In this document: positions 12,088-24,130 of the stretch, piece by piece
How the letters are laid out: each line of letters opens with the position of its first letter
How positions within the stretch are numbered: the stretch's first letter is position 1
NCBI GenBank assembly: GCA_963514005.1
Contig: OY740783.1
Span: forward strand, 5,642,001-5,706,000
Reading direction: 5' to 3'
Length of the DNA stretch: 64,000 nt
From: Raja brachyura
Taxonomy: Eukaryota
The notes under the pieces: model-generated
What the model saw: only the letters and a program-made list of their open reading frames with translations
Told to the model about the DNA's origin: nothing
Databases searched by the model: none
Program-made: the position numbers and the translations under genes

Positions 12088-12628
12088 AAGTCCAGCTTTC
12101 ACCATCAAAGACCAGAGGTGAGAATTTTTTTTCAACAGCTATAATAACAGTCGGAAAATGGAGCGCAAACTACCGTTGGCAAATCCAACACGATATGTTG
12201 TTCCATTGTTTAAAAAGGGTTCAAAGAATAAACCTAGCAATTATTCAAAATGTAACCAGCGCATTGAAGTGAGATTGGTTTGTTCTTTCCTTCACTCATA
12301 CCGACAGCGTTGTGTACAATCATAGACCACGAATATATGCTGATTCCATTACGCAGTTGAGATGCAGGGAGATTGTTGGTGTTATGTCTACTATGTTCCA
12401 GTTCATTGGCTATATTTAAGCGGGAGTTAGATGTGGCCCTTGTGGCTAAGGGGATCAGAGGGTATGGAGAGAAGGCAGGTACGGGATACTGCGTTGGATG
12501 ATCGAAGGGCCGAATGGCCTACTCCTACACCTATTTTCTATGTTTCTATGTTCTCTGTGAACTGCTGGGCCATTTAAAATCGTGTCGAAGGCCATTTCAA
12601 ATGAAACCCAAGTGTGAACTGTATGGGA

Positions 12629-12656
12629 GGTTTTTGTGTGGGTCTGTCTCACTGTG
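12629..12656 (-). other. Consensus 12-RSS on the 5' side of the D(D)J unit
   Basis: GGTTTTTGT (12629-12637), 12-nt spacer gtgggtctgtct, CACTGTG (12650-12656). Confidence 0.96.
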
Positions 12657-12726
12657 TATGCGGTGGGTAGAATACTTACGGGTTTTGACTACTGGGGAGG
12701 AGGCACCATGTTGACCATAACCAACG
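12657..12726 (+). CDS. IGHJ: Pre-joined D(D)J segment (YAVGRILTGFDYWGGGTMLTITN)
   Basis: About 27 nt of D-like sequence runs directly into the FDYWGxGT J motif with no internal RSS; phase-1 donor gtaag at 12727. Confidence 0.92.
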
Positions 12727-14803
12727 GTAAGAAACTTCATCCTATTCAGTCTCTAGATGTATCCAGTTGTAATTTTAATATATATTTCCAATAATTGTCT
12801 TCTGCATTAATTACCAATTCATTGCAATGTTGGATCGATGTTGCTTTAGAATGTTATGTGATTTCGCTGCAGTAAGATTACCAAATTAAACGTGCCTTGT
12901 ATGCTATGACTTCGATCCTTTGATGATGGAACGGGTGTGATTTAGTTCCTAATTAGTCGAAAAATGTGCTTGAATTTGCCTTCACCATGCTTTCAAATTG
13001 TTTGAGACTGTTGTTGTCCAAGATCAGCGATGCATCTAACTGTGTTTTCTGATCAACAGCGGGTACTTTGTCTCAGTTTGTTTGTTCTCAACGCATATTT
13101 CTCAACACATGGATTTAAGAGAGAGTTAGATAGAGCTCTAGGGACTAGTGGAATCAAGGGATATGGGGAGAAGGCAGGCACGGGTTATTGATTGGGGATG
13201 ATCAGCCATGATCACAATGAATGGCGGTGCTGGCTCGAAGGGCCGAATGGCCTCTTCCTGCACCTATTTTCTATGTTTTTATGTTTCTATATGAAACAAA
13301 CGATAGAAAGGGATAAATCCTGGGTGTAAAATGTCCAAGTTTTGTATTTAAGAAGTGTATGTATTAATTGGTGGAATCGCATTGCTACCTTTGATCCAAT
13401 GGCTAACAAAACTTGCATTGAAGATGTATCATTTTCTTGCAGCAAAGCACAGAAGTGCAAAGTTCTTTAGTAACTTGTCAGTTTCTTTGTTGAACTCAAT
13501 TAAGGAGCATGTTGCAATCAAGATCGCTTGAACAATGGGTTGGGAAGGCGGTGTGTCTCCATATCGTGGAAGCATTGGTAATCACTCTCCAATGTCCTAT
13601 ACATTCTGCATCAGTTCCTGTGGATTAAGGGTAGATAATGCTATCCCACTTTTCAAGATAGGAGGGAGAGAGAAAGCAGGGAATGACAGAGCAGTTGGCC
13701 TGACATCGGTAGTGGGAGAGATGCTGGAGTCAATTAGCAAATAAGTAACATCGGCGCGTTTGGTTAGCAGTAACAGGATCTATCTATTGTCTATGTATCT
13801 ATGTATTGGTGGAGTCCATTTGTTATTATGTTATTTCAACAATGATTGGCTCGGCCGTCTTTGGGCCAATGAATTTCGGTGGTCTATGGACAGAGATATT
13901 TGGATTTTTGTGAAGAGTTTCAGTCAATGTGTGTTGTGTGATTCAGCCCATCAGCGGTATCATTCAGCCGGTCATTGCGGGAGACGATGGTGTTGCACAA
14001 TTGGATGTTTTTGTATGTTCAATTCGAATGGCAACGACCGGGTATTGCTGTCGGATTGGGTTATTTCAATAAACGCAAAGAAGACATATGTTTAAAAATA
14101 AGCAGGAATTGATGTAAATTAATAAGACCAATACATTCTGCAAACACTTAAAGGGTCAGGCAACCTGCGGCGAAAGTCAAATCTCAGGCAGGGGACCAGA
14201 AAGACAGCTGGTAGCGCCAGAGCGCCGACTACGTTTCCGAAATCAGTGGCAGACTGTGTAGGAATTTGTGCATTTTCCCTGTGGTTTAAATGCTATTTAC
14301 TGGTGCTCTGCTTTCCTCCCACGTCCCGAAGACGTGCAGGTTTGAAGTTTAATTGACCTGTGTGATTGTCCCTGGTGTGTCAGGGGTGGATGCGATAACG
14401 TAGAACGTGTGTGTCGCCGTGGATTCGGTTGGCAGAAAGATCTATTTCTTTGTTCCATCTCTAATCTTAATTGAATTTGCCATGAACTGGTCATCCAAGT
14501 ATCGTTGACCTGGAAATGTATTGGTTTTCCCCTTCCACAAGTGTTGCCCGACCCGATGACCCATGTCTCAATTTCCTGTTCAATACCACGACATTACCTA
14601 TTTGGAAAATACCTTGACTGTCAAATGGGGACATTTCGGAATAGCTGTAGTATTTAAATAATTTTTAATCCACGCATTTATTAGAAAGACAATTTGAAAT
14701 CAAATTTTGTCTACGGCGCCCAATGTCATTTAAACATAACGTTCCTCTATTTACTAAATTGCTAATGAAAAATGTAATTTACGGTTAAAAAAAAGAAAAT
14801 TGG

Positions 14804-14960
14804 GGAAATGAAGTGGAATGTTGGAAACGACATTTTCTGCTATTTTAATTATAGAACAGGGTATCCAACTAATCCTTGAATAGAATCAGAATTTAAATCG
14901 ATGGCTCATAGGAGGGTTTGAGCGACGTTCAAAATTACATTTGCATTTAATTAATTAAAA
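14804..14960. promoter_or_regulatory. Candidate intronic enhancer, arm 1 (octamer ATTTGCAT 14939-14946)
   Basis: Consensus octamer in the J-C intron; the block is the reverse complement of ~17329-17484. Confidence 0.5.
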
Positions 14961-15349
14961 CATTGATTTACCAACATTGTGCATTTTCAATATTAAAAGT
15001 AGACTTCCTCTATATGAATTAAAGACTTTTGCCGTTAAAGTCACGAAGCAAACTTAGAATTTTTTTTAATAGATTGCAGGTTGTAATTTATGATGGGTAT
15101 CTTTTTAATTTGTTTCCGATCAGACAGTGATACAACGTTAATCATTCGTTCTCCAGTGCCGATGATATTGTAAACGTAAACTCGTTTTAAAGATGCTGGA
15201 AACGGAACTGAGCGTCATTGCAAAAACATTAATATTCATTTGATTAATTTTTGAATCCATTAAGGGACAGTCCATTGCAATGATGCACACAGACAAACAT
15301 TTGAAACCTGTGCCAATTGATTCAATGGCGAAGTACTAACATGTTCTTA

Positions 15350-15930
15350 CTATTTATTTATTTATTTGTTTTTCTTTTTGTTAAATATTTTTATTAGAAG
15401 TACATATTAAAGGAAGAATATACATGTCACATTAATATTAACAATTATTTCTGATTTGTACTTCTATGCATTTAAATTTTTTTTTAATACAGGTAGAAAA
15501 TAATAGAGAAAAATAAAGTAAAAATAGAAAATCAAAAAGATGAATGAAGTATTAAGCAGGTTATACATCATTGGAGATATATCCATGGATTATTATATGT
15601 GATTCTTCATCTATTCCTTCATTCAGGCTTCAGTCAGGTTCTCGCACCGAGCCATTTTGACCCTTTAAATATTCAATAAATGGAGACCATATCCCTCTGA
15701 ATTGATCCAACTTGCCCAGTAGGACAAGTCTTAATCTTTCCAGGTGAAGTGTCTCCGACATTCCTGTAATCCACATTTTGATTGTGGGGGATGTAGGACC
15801 TTTCCAAAATTTCAATATTAATTTTTTCCTATTTATTAAACTGTGATCGATAAAAATTCTTTTATTCGTTGTTATTAATTGATCTGTTCTAATATCCGTA
15901 ATATTATTAATTTTGAGTCAGGAGTGTTCT
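15350..15930 (-). mobile_element. L1-clade LINE 3' end, same family as 28127-34368
   Basis: ORF 15630..15815 (KFWKGPTSPTIKMWI...REPD) matches the C-terminus of ORF 32589..34028; T-rich tail. Confidence 0.85.
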
Positions 15931-16459
15931 TACAATTTATATGCTACATTTAGCTTCCAGATGTTGGAATACATAACGTTTATTAATGTAGACATTATAT
16001 TGAGAGAGTTCATTAAAATCTTTACCAATGCAATCTCTTACATATTTTTTATCTGGTATGAATGTAATGTTCTTATCCAATGTCGGCTGGATTGCTTTTC
16101 GGAATTTACTTGTAATTACTGTCGGCTTACAAATGATCAGTATATTTTCGTGAGTGATAGGAGCACAAAATACAGTGCTAAGTGACATTTTAGGTGTGTT
16201 ATTTGTCGTTAAATAATAGAGCTACCATTTCAATCCCATCCACCTCCTTAGTTGGTTTGGTTCGATTGACACATTTTAGGGAAAAGTTCACGGCAAGATT
16301 GTGATTTTTTTTTTTTTGTCTTCTCTCAATTTATGTTCGGGAGCCCGATATGGTAAACCAGTCATCTTTCCAATTTCTGTGAATTGATCGGATAGTCTCT
16401 GAACCATTTATAAAACCAAAACTCTTCCCTCCAAATCAAAGGTTTTGCCATGGGCACTC

Positions 16460-17280
16460 TCAAGGTTCAAGGTTCAAGGTTAGTTTATTTGTCACATACA
16501 CCAATTGGTGTAGTGAAATGTTTCTTGCCATGCAGCACATAAAATAAAGAATACAGACATAACACTAATAAAGAGATTTAAACATAAAAAACATTCCCCC
16601 CACAATGGTTCCCATTATGAGGGAAGGCACAAAGTCCAGTCCCCAACCCATGTCCACCCATAGTCAGGCCTATTGAGGCCTCCATAGTCGCCTTCACGGA
16701 GGCCCAATGTTCCAGGCCGTTCTCGCCGGGTGATGGTGCTCCGGCGTCGGGAGAATCCTCTCAGTGGCTTGGGACACCTGGAACGGCCGCTTCCTACTGG
16801 AGTCCGCGGCTTCCGAAGCCGACAAGGCCGCGCTGAATGGAGCTCCCCCACTGGCTCCCAATGTTAAAGTTCACGCCGCCTCCCGCTGCTGGCCGCTCCA
16901 CAGACCCGCGGCTCCGCGATGTTTGTCTCGGCGGTCTCAGCTCACCGGAGTTCCAGCGCGGCGACCCAGGCAAGGCATCACCTGCTCCGCCCCGCGATGG
17001 CGCTCCGCCGCTGCCGAAGCCGAGGTTCTGGGCGGTCTCCTCAGGAAACGACGCTCCAGGCCCGCTGGTGGGCCGCGAGGATGGGTCGAGCCCGGAGAAA
17101 GGCTGCCTCTCCGACCAGGTAGGGACCAGGAAAAGTAGTTTCCCCCTCCCCCCACCCCCCCTCCCACAAAAAGAATAGACTCCAAAAACAAAACACTTTA
17201 AACACACTAAAATAAAGAAAAGGGTGAAAAACATACAGCTGCAGGCTGGGCAGCCATACCATACAGGACGGCGCCCCCTA
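16460..17280 (-). mobile_element. GC-rich non-autonomous retroelement with an (aaccttg)n tail
   Basis: Reversed aataaa and tandem caaggtt at 16461-16488; no recognisable protein; family not identified. Confidence 0.5.
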
Positions 17281-17328
17281 TCAAAAACCCATCTCATGGG
17301 TCCAAGCGAAACCTATCTAAATTATTTA

Positions 17329-17484
17329 ATTTTAATTAAATTAATGCAAATGTAATTTTGACGTCAGTCAAATCCTCCTTTGAGCCATCGATTCCAATTC
17401 TCATTCTATTCAAATATTAGTGGGATACCCTGTTCTATAATTAAAATAGCAGAACATTTCGTTTCCAACATTCCACTAATTTCC
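17329..17484. promoter_or_regulatory. Candidate intronic enhancer, arm 2 (octamer plus CRE)
   Basis: ATGCAAAT at 17344-17351 and TGACGTCA at 17359-17366; inverted copy of 14804-14960. Confidence 0.5.
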
Positions 17485-17499
17485 ATTTGGTTGGGTACA

Positions 17500-17955
17500 T
17501 GGAACAAACCCTGACACAGACTGCCCCTATCCCCATATTCTTCCTCCTATACTCGTGGAGAACTCATGGACTTCATTAGCTACTAACTGAGACCCTACGA
17601 TCAATTTCACCGGGTCCATCCCCGACACATACCTCCACTTTGTTGATTTCACCGTCTCCATCGCAGGAGATAGACTATCGACTGTCGTAAATTGCAAATC
17701 TACGGACTCTCACAGCTATCAGGACTACAGCTCTTCCAACCTTGCCTCCTGCAAAGACTCTATGTCCTATTCCCAAATTCAACCATCTCCGCGCAACTGC
17801 TCCCAAGATGAGTTGTTCCATACCAGAATATCCGCGGTCCTCATTCTTTAGAGGAGCTGGTATTCCCCACGTTTACCATAGACGAGGCCCTCACACGTGT
17901 CCACACTGTGTCCCCCAGTTCTGCCCTTACTCCATCATCCCCAGTCACAACAAGG
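17500..17955 (+). mobile_element. Penelope-like element RT remnant
   Basis: Frameshifted DSHSY.DYSSS...ASCKDS..YSQ-like sequence typical of the PLE RT thumb region. Confidence 0.6.
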
Positions 17956-18395
17956 AGTTTGGTGAGATTGTAACGTTAGTTATGGCCATTGAGCATTCCT
18001 GAGAAACCCAGGGAATTTTACAGTAATTAATACTGGAGGCCTATTGATATATTTCCAACTCAAAATTGTGCATACATTTGACAGTAACTGCCAGATATTG
18101 GCACCCCAAGAAGTTTTCAGCCAATGAGCTCCAAGGTGGGATCAAGGTGGAATGTTGAATCAGCCATGATCACAACGAATGGCGGTGCTGGCTCGATGGG
18201 CCGAATGGCCTCCTCCTGCACCTATTTTCTATGTTTCCATTTTCTATGTTGAACTAATAGTTTATGATACTCGGGTGAAGTTTCATGAAATAGAATATTG
18301 CGTAACGAATTGCTGTATAATGATTCTTCGCACTGAATATTTTGCAAAATGAGCAAGAGAGAGAGTTTAACATTCATGTGACCTTTGACTTGCAG

Positions 18396-18692
18396 CGGCT
18401 GATTCCCCCCCCAGCCCCTTCATTCTCTTCACGTGCGAGGATCGCGGCTCCAGTGGTTCGTTCACCTACGGTTGTTTGGCGTTGGGCTATTCCCCTGCGG
18501 GCGCCAGTGTCTCTTGGAAGAAAGATGATACAGACCTGGTCGATGGAGTGAAGGAATACCCGGCAGTGTTCAATAAGTTGGGAACTTACACCCGGAGCAG
18601 CGAGTTAACCATCACAGAGGCAGTGGCTGGGGGAAGCGACATCTTCTGTGTGGTTTGGCACAACCAAAAAGAGTATAAAGTGAAAGTACCAG
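18396..18692 (+). CDS. IGHM: IgM constant exon Cmu1
   Basis: ttgcag acceptor, phase 1. AADSPPSPFILFTCEDRGSSGSFTYGCLALGYSP...SWKK...IFCVVWH; donor gt at 18693; N-terminal Cys for light-chain linkage present. Confidence 0.95.
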
Positions 18693-18854
18693 GTTCGTGT
18701 TGGGGTGCAATGCAAGGCTGAGGGTGGAGTTGGGGTCAAGTGTGTTTTATTGTCATGTGTCCCAGATAGAACAATTAAATTCTTGCTTGCTGCAGCACAA
18801 CAGAATATGTGAACATCATAAATAATATGATAAACGAGAGTGAGAAAAAAAGTT

Positions 18855-18856
<2 letters not shown>

Positions 18857-18900
<44 letters not shown>
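18857..18900. repeat. (GT)n microsatellite
   Basis: About 22 GT units. Confidence 0.95.
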
Positions 18901-18902
<2 letters not shown>

Positions 18903-19229
18903 ATATTCAAAGAACAAACAATAACAGTGCAATAATAATAGTCTATTGTCGTTCAGAGCTTATGAGGTTGTACTGTTTAATAGCCTGGACGTTACAGTTC
19001 TCAGGCTCTTGTACCTTCTTCACGATGGCAGTGGTGAGATGAGTGTGTGGCCCGCATGGTGTGGGTCTCCGATGATGTTGGCTGCCTTTTTTGAGGCAGC
19101 AACTCCGATACATCCCTTTGATGATGTAGAGGTCAGCGCCGGTTATAGACTGGGCAGTGATTGCAACTTTTTGCAGTCTTTTTCCGTTCCTGGACTTTCA
19201 AATTGCCGAACCAATCCATGATGCAATGC

Positions 19230-19930
19230 ATATAATTTGCGGGAAAGGAAGCTCACAAAGGGATAGGAGAGTATGGCCAAGTGTAATAGGGATCGATGTG
19301 AAAGGTGAGATGCGTAAGGAATTAAAAGTATTGTATATGAATGCGTGAAGTATAAGAAGTAAAGTAGATGAGCTTGAGGCTCAGTTGAAGGTTGGTAGAT
19401 ATGACATTGTGGGGATTACTGAGACGTGGCTGCAGGAGGATCGGGCCTGGAAACTTCATATTCAGGGTTAGACATCCTATCGAAAGGACAGGCAGGTGGG
19501 CAGAGGAGCGGGGGTAGCTCTGCTGGTGAGGGGGAATGTTATAGAAACATATAAACATATAAACTTATAAAAGGACTGGACAAGCTAGATGCAGGAAAAA
19601 TGTTCCCAATGTTGGGCAAGTCCAGAACCAGGGGCCACAGTCTTAGAATAAAGGGGAGGTCATTTAAGACTGAGGTGAGAAAAAAAGTTTTCACCCCGAG
19701 AATTGTGAATTTATGGAATTCACTGCCACAGAGGGCAGTGGAGGCCAAGTCACTGGATGGATTTAAGAGAGAGTTGGATAGAGCTCTAGGGGCTAGTGGA
19801 GTCAAGGGATATGGGGAGAAGGCAGGCACGGGTTATTGATTGGGGACGATCAGCCGTGATCACAATGAATGGCGGTGCTGGCTCAAAGGGCCAAATGGTC
19901 TCCTCCTGCACCTATTTTCTATGTTTCTAT
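19230..19930 (+). mobile_element. Internally deleted CR1 (endonuclease start fused to the 3' end)
   Basis: LKVLYMNA/GITETWL-like sequence followed by ORF 19600..19839 and a ctatgttt tail. Confidence 0.8.
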
Positions 19931-20411
19931 CTCAACAGAAAGTGACAATATGCCTTGCCCGCTAAATTATTCCAGCTCTTTGCTTTAAAAAAAAAATTGA
20001 ACACCATCTGCTGTTGTTGATTGGATAAAACGGTAAGTTTTGTTTCCTGGCACCGAGGAGCGAGAGCGATATTTATAATACCGAAGCACTGTCGTTCGTT
20101 CTTGGCATGGAACGAAAGGTGGTGCTTAAATTATCGAGGCAATTCACCATTTACAAAATCATAAAAAACCAAAATGACTTGGAAGAGAGCTTGAAAAGAG
20201 TGCTCATAAATGTATTATCATCACGAGCACGTTCATATAAATCGCGAGGAACTGATCTATCCGTAGATAAGTTACATTTTAACTCGCGAACAATCGAAGT
20301 GGCTGAGTGCATCATGTTGAGAACATTATCAAGGGTATTAAAAGCACAGACACAGACATAGAGGACAGAAGCAGAACAGTTGGCCCATAACATCCATGTG
20401 ACAACCACTTA

Positions 20412-20679
20412 TGCCCCTGTCCATCTTAGGAAACCAGAACGGAAGCCTCTAAGACTTTGCGCCCCACCCAATGTTTCCGTGTGGTTCCCGGAGGTTTTCG
20501 TCAGTCTCCCTAATGGTCGAAAGTGGTTTCCGCTTCTTCTATGTTCCGGCCATTATTTCAAAAATTTGAAAAAACCTCTGGGAACCTGACAAAAACCTCC
20601 GGGAACCGCACGGAAACCTTGGGTGGGGCACAAAGTCTCCAGAGGTTTCCGTTCAGGTTTCCTAAGTGGGACAGGGGCA
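20412..20679. mobile_element. PIF/Harbinger-type MITE
   Basis: ~95-bp terminal inverted repeats (tgcccctgtcc...gggacaggggca) with TTA on both sides (20409-20411 and 20680-20682). Confidence 0.85.
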
Positions 20680-20879
20680 TTACCGAGCTATAATTTCCCC
20701 ATTTACGAGCACTCGATGTACCATGGTAAACAAAGAATTTAGCAGCATCTCTGCAAGTCCAAGTGAGTGGGTGGCTACGTTTAATCGGAAAAAGTGATTT
20801 ATTTTTTGGTCAAAATAATGTGTCAATATTAATCGACGATTGTTTTAGAGCAATTCCAATGAAGTTTATTTTCTTTCAG

Positions 20880-21194
20880 AACATGTGGTATATCATCCAA
20901 CCGTCACCATTACCGTAACTTCCCTTGATGAAATCAAGCGCAGCAAAAAAGCGATCGCCGTGTGTTTGGTCAACGATTTCACCCCAGCAAAATTTGCTGT
21001 GAACTGGCTGAAGAATGGAAAGCAAGTGGATTCTGGCATCGTCACCTCTCCCGCCTTCCAGGTGAACGTTAACGGTAACTTCTCAGCGACCAGCCAGTTG
21101 ACAATCCCAGCTCTAGAGTGGAACGGACGTGCCGTCTATACCTGCCAAGTCAACCATGAAAAACATATAAAAAGCCAAAATATCAGTAGGCAAG
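20880..21194 (+). CDS. IGHM: IgM constant exon Cmu2
   Basis: tttcag acceptor; C1-set motifs VCLVNDFTP, WLKNG and YTCQVNH; gtaag donor at 21195. Confidence 0.95.
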
Positions 21195-21655
21195 GTAAGA
21201 AATACATCCGTGGTGTGTCTCGGGTATTAGTGTAAACATTAGTGCTTACAGTGGTAGAACTTCACTGACATGGACATAGGAAGGAAGTGCTGATGCTGGT
21301 TTACACCGAAAGTGGACACAAAATGCCGGATAACAGCGGGTTAGGCATCTCTAGAGAAAAGGAACAGGTGACGATTCGGGTCGAGACTCTTCTAGTATTA
21401 GTGGAGAGGGACACTAAAGGTATGAGTGTACAAAAAAACGATAGCCCATGGTGCGATCTCACATTTCATTCATTGTGTTGTTCTCTGCACAGAGACTAGA
21501 GTCAGTTCAAGATGATTTAGGACGACAGTTCCTAGAATCACAACTCGGAAGCGATCGTGTACACATTAAAGTTCTGGGGGTGAATGATTGGTGTAAACCT
21601 TCCATCCCAATTATCCCTGGAAATGCTTATATTCACATTAATTATTGTGCTATAG

Positions 21656-21958
21656 ATGATGGTCCCTGCGACGAACTGAAGATTACAATCCTTCCACCAC
21701 CTGTTGAACAAGAGTTAATGGAGATGACCGTGACGTTAACCTGTCTGGTATCCGATGCACCTTACGGTATCACAGTATCTTGGAAGCGCATAAAGGTGCC
21801 TTTGGCATTAGATATCCAGTCCACAGAACATGGGGAAATCGTAGAGAGCAAAGTAAACATTTCGACTCGTGACTGGCTGAGTGGGGATTATTTCGAATGT
21901 GTGGTGAGCTATGAAGATCTGCCGTATCCAAAATCTAAACAAATCAACTGGAAGAAAG
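21656..21958 (+). CDS. IGHM: IgM constant exon Cmu3
   Basis: tatag acceptor; DDGPC...LTCLVSD...SWK...DWLSGDYFECVVS; gtgag donor at 21959. Confidence 0.95.
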
Positions 21959-22089
21959 GTGAGCCGGGGTAGCTGCAGAGAGGTTCTGTGGGCCAGAGGT
22001 GACTGGTGCTCTTTTTTCTGAGATAAAGCTAAAATTAATGATTGAGATCACTCCGTCGGAGAAGAAATATCTATGCAAAATGAAATAGT

Positions 22090-23107
22090 GAGGGACCTTA
22101 TCAAAGGTAATTTTACTTGTCACATCCTCAAAAAATTCCAGTAGATTAGTCAAGCATGATTTCCCTTTCATAAATCCATGTTGACTTGGACTAATACTTT
22201 TACTGCTATCCAAATGCCCCATTATTACCTCTTTAATAATTGACTCCAGCATCTTTCCCACCACCGAAGTCAGGCTAACTGGTCTGTAATTCCCCGTTTT
22301 CTCTCTCGCTCCTTTCTTGAAATATGGGATAACATTAGCTATCCTCCAATCCACAGGAACTGATCCTGAATCTATTGAACATTGGAAAATGATCACCAAT
22401 GATTCCACTATTTCGAGAGCCACCTCCCTGAGGACCCTGGGATGCAGATCATCAGGCCCAGGGGTTTTATCATCCTTCAGTCCCATTCGCCTACCCAATA
22501 CTATTTCTCGCCTAATGAACATTTCTTTCAGTTCCTCTACCCCCTTAGATCCCCTGTTCTCCAGTACATCTGGGAGTTTGTTTGTGTCTTCCTTAGTGAA
22601 GACAGATCCTGTTCAACTCTTCTGCCATTCCCTTGTTCCCCATAATAATTTCACCCTTGTCTGCCTTCAAGGGACCCACATTTGACTTTGCTACTCTTTT
22701 TCCCTTAAAATATCTAAAGAAGCTTTTACTCTTCTTCTTTATATTCCTGGCCAGCTTCCTCTCGTACTTCATCTTTTCAGCCTGTATTGCCCATTTTGTT
22801 TCCTTCTGTTGTCCTATGAAATTTTCACAATCCTCTGGCTTCCGGCTACTCTTTCCTGTGTTATACATTTTTTTTCTTTTAGTCTTATTCTATCTTTTGT
22901 CATCCACAGTTGCCTCCTACTCTCCTTGGAATCTTTCTTTCTTTTTGGAATGAAGTGATCCTGTGTCTTCCGGATTTTGCCCAAAAATTCCCGCCATTGC
23001 TGTTCCACCATCATTCCTGCTAGGATCCCTTTCCAGTCTACCTTGGCCTGCTCCTCCCTCATGCCTACATAGTCCCCTTTGTTCAACTGCATCACTGACA
23101 CTTCCCA
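22090..23107 (-). mobile_element. CR1 LINE internal fragment
   Basis: ORFs 21944..22522 and 22593..22868 (PGPD.LHPRVL, NYRPVSLTS). Confidence 0.88.
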
Positions 23108-23207
23108 TTTCATACAAATCTTCTCCCGTGCAAAGGGGAGATGCACATTCAGGTGTATATGTCTGAACAAAGAGACGTCACAAAAGGGGAATGTAATACC
23201 GTTAATA

Positions 23208-24097
23208 GGGGGGTTGCACGTAAGGTCACTGGGCTTGATGCACAGAGCCACTCAATCCATCTGGAGGACATCACAGCTTCCGGTACATGTTATTAATGCA
23301 AGAAACGCACACTTTCCCACCTGTTCAAAACCGCCAAAATGTTGAATTTTTGCGCTGTAAAAAATTGTGGAAGTCGGGGCAAGCGTGAGGGACACGTACC
23401 CAACTTCAGAATTCCAAAGGTGAAGTGAAATGAAGGTAAAGAGAAGCGAGAGCTGAAGGGACAACAACAGCTAAAGTGCTTGGCGAACATTGGCCGTGCA
23501 GATATCAGAATTTTAAAATATTGGGAATTCTCGCGTTTGCTCACTGCATTTCATCAACAGTAAGGCATTATTTGTGGTTTTTCTTGATTCCTTTGGTATC
23601 TAAAAAGTCTCAGAAGTGATAAAGCTGGCTGTAAATTTTACTTCAGAGGCGTTTTCTTTTCGTATGTAAAAACCCACTTGAGAACCATGGGCGATTTTAA
23701 AATTTTACTGCCAGATTTATCACTTCGGAAACTTTTTAGATGCCAAAGGAATCAAGAAAAAACACAAATAATGTCTTAGTTGATGAAATACAGTGAGCAA
23801 ACGGCCAATGTTCACCAAGCACTCGGACTGTTGTTGTCCCTTTAGCTCTCGCTTCTATCTACCGTCATTTCTCCTCACTTTTGGAATTCTGAAGTAGGCT
23901 AAATGTCTCTCGCGTTTATCCCGATTTCCATAATTATTTACAGCGCAGAAATAGACCATTTCGGTGGGTTTTAACGGGCCCGCCACGCTGGAAACAATGG
24001 CCAGTGCTTACCTGCAGTTCATCGCGTGTACTCCAGTTGGTGTGGAGCGGCGACAGTACGGGTCACGGGTCGTGAGCCGACTGCCGTGAAACCTCCC
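23208..24097. mobile_element. Foldback non-autonomous DNA transposon with two inverted THAP-domain remnants
   Basis: ~23325-23640 is an imperfect reverse complement of ~23698-23975. From 23339: MLNFCAVKNC...FRIPKV...(frameshift) RVCSLHF. Termini ggggttgcacg / cgtgaaacctcc. Confidence 0.75.
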
Positions 24098-24130
24098 AAA
24101 TAAATAAACGCCATTTGAATTGTCCCATAG

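Noticed and set aside
12615-12726. D-mu-like protein initiated upstream of the DDJ
   Set aside because: The J frame has TGA at 12615 and no ATG between it and the D region.
13903-13931. RSS-like GATTTTTGT-13 nt-CAATGTG in the J-C intron as an extra D or J
   Set aside because: Off-consensus spacer, with no following WGxG motif, splice donor or 3' RSS. At most a cryptic site.
16615-17297. Several overlapping ORFs in the J-C intron
   Set aside because: GC-rich retroelement with few stop codons and no Ig or other domain motifs.
12727-18395. Mammalian-type repetitive switch region
   Set aside because: No tandem GAGCT/GGGGT array is visible in the J-C intron.
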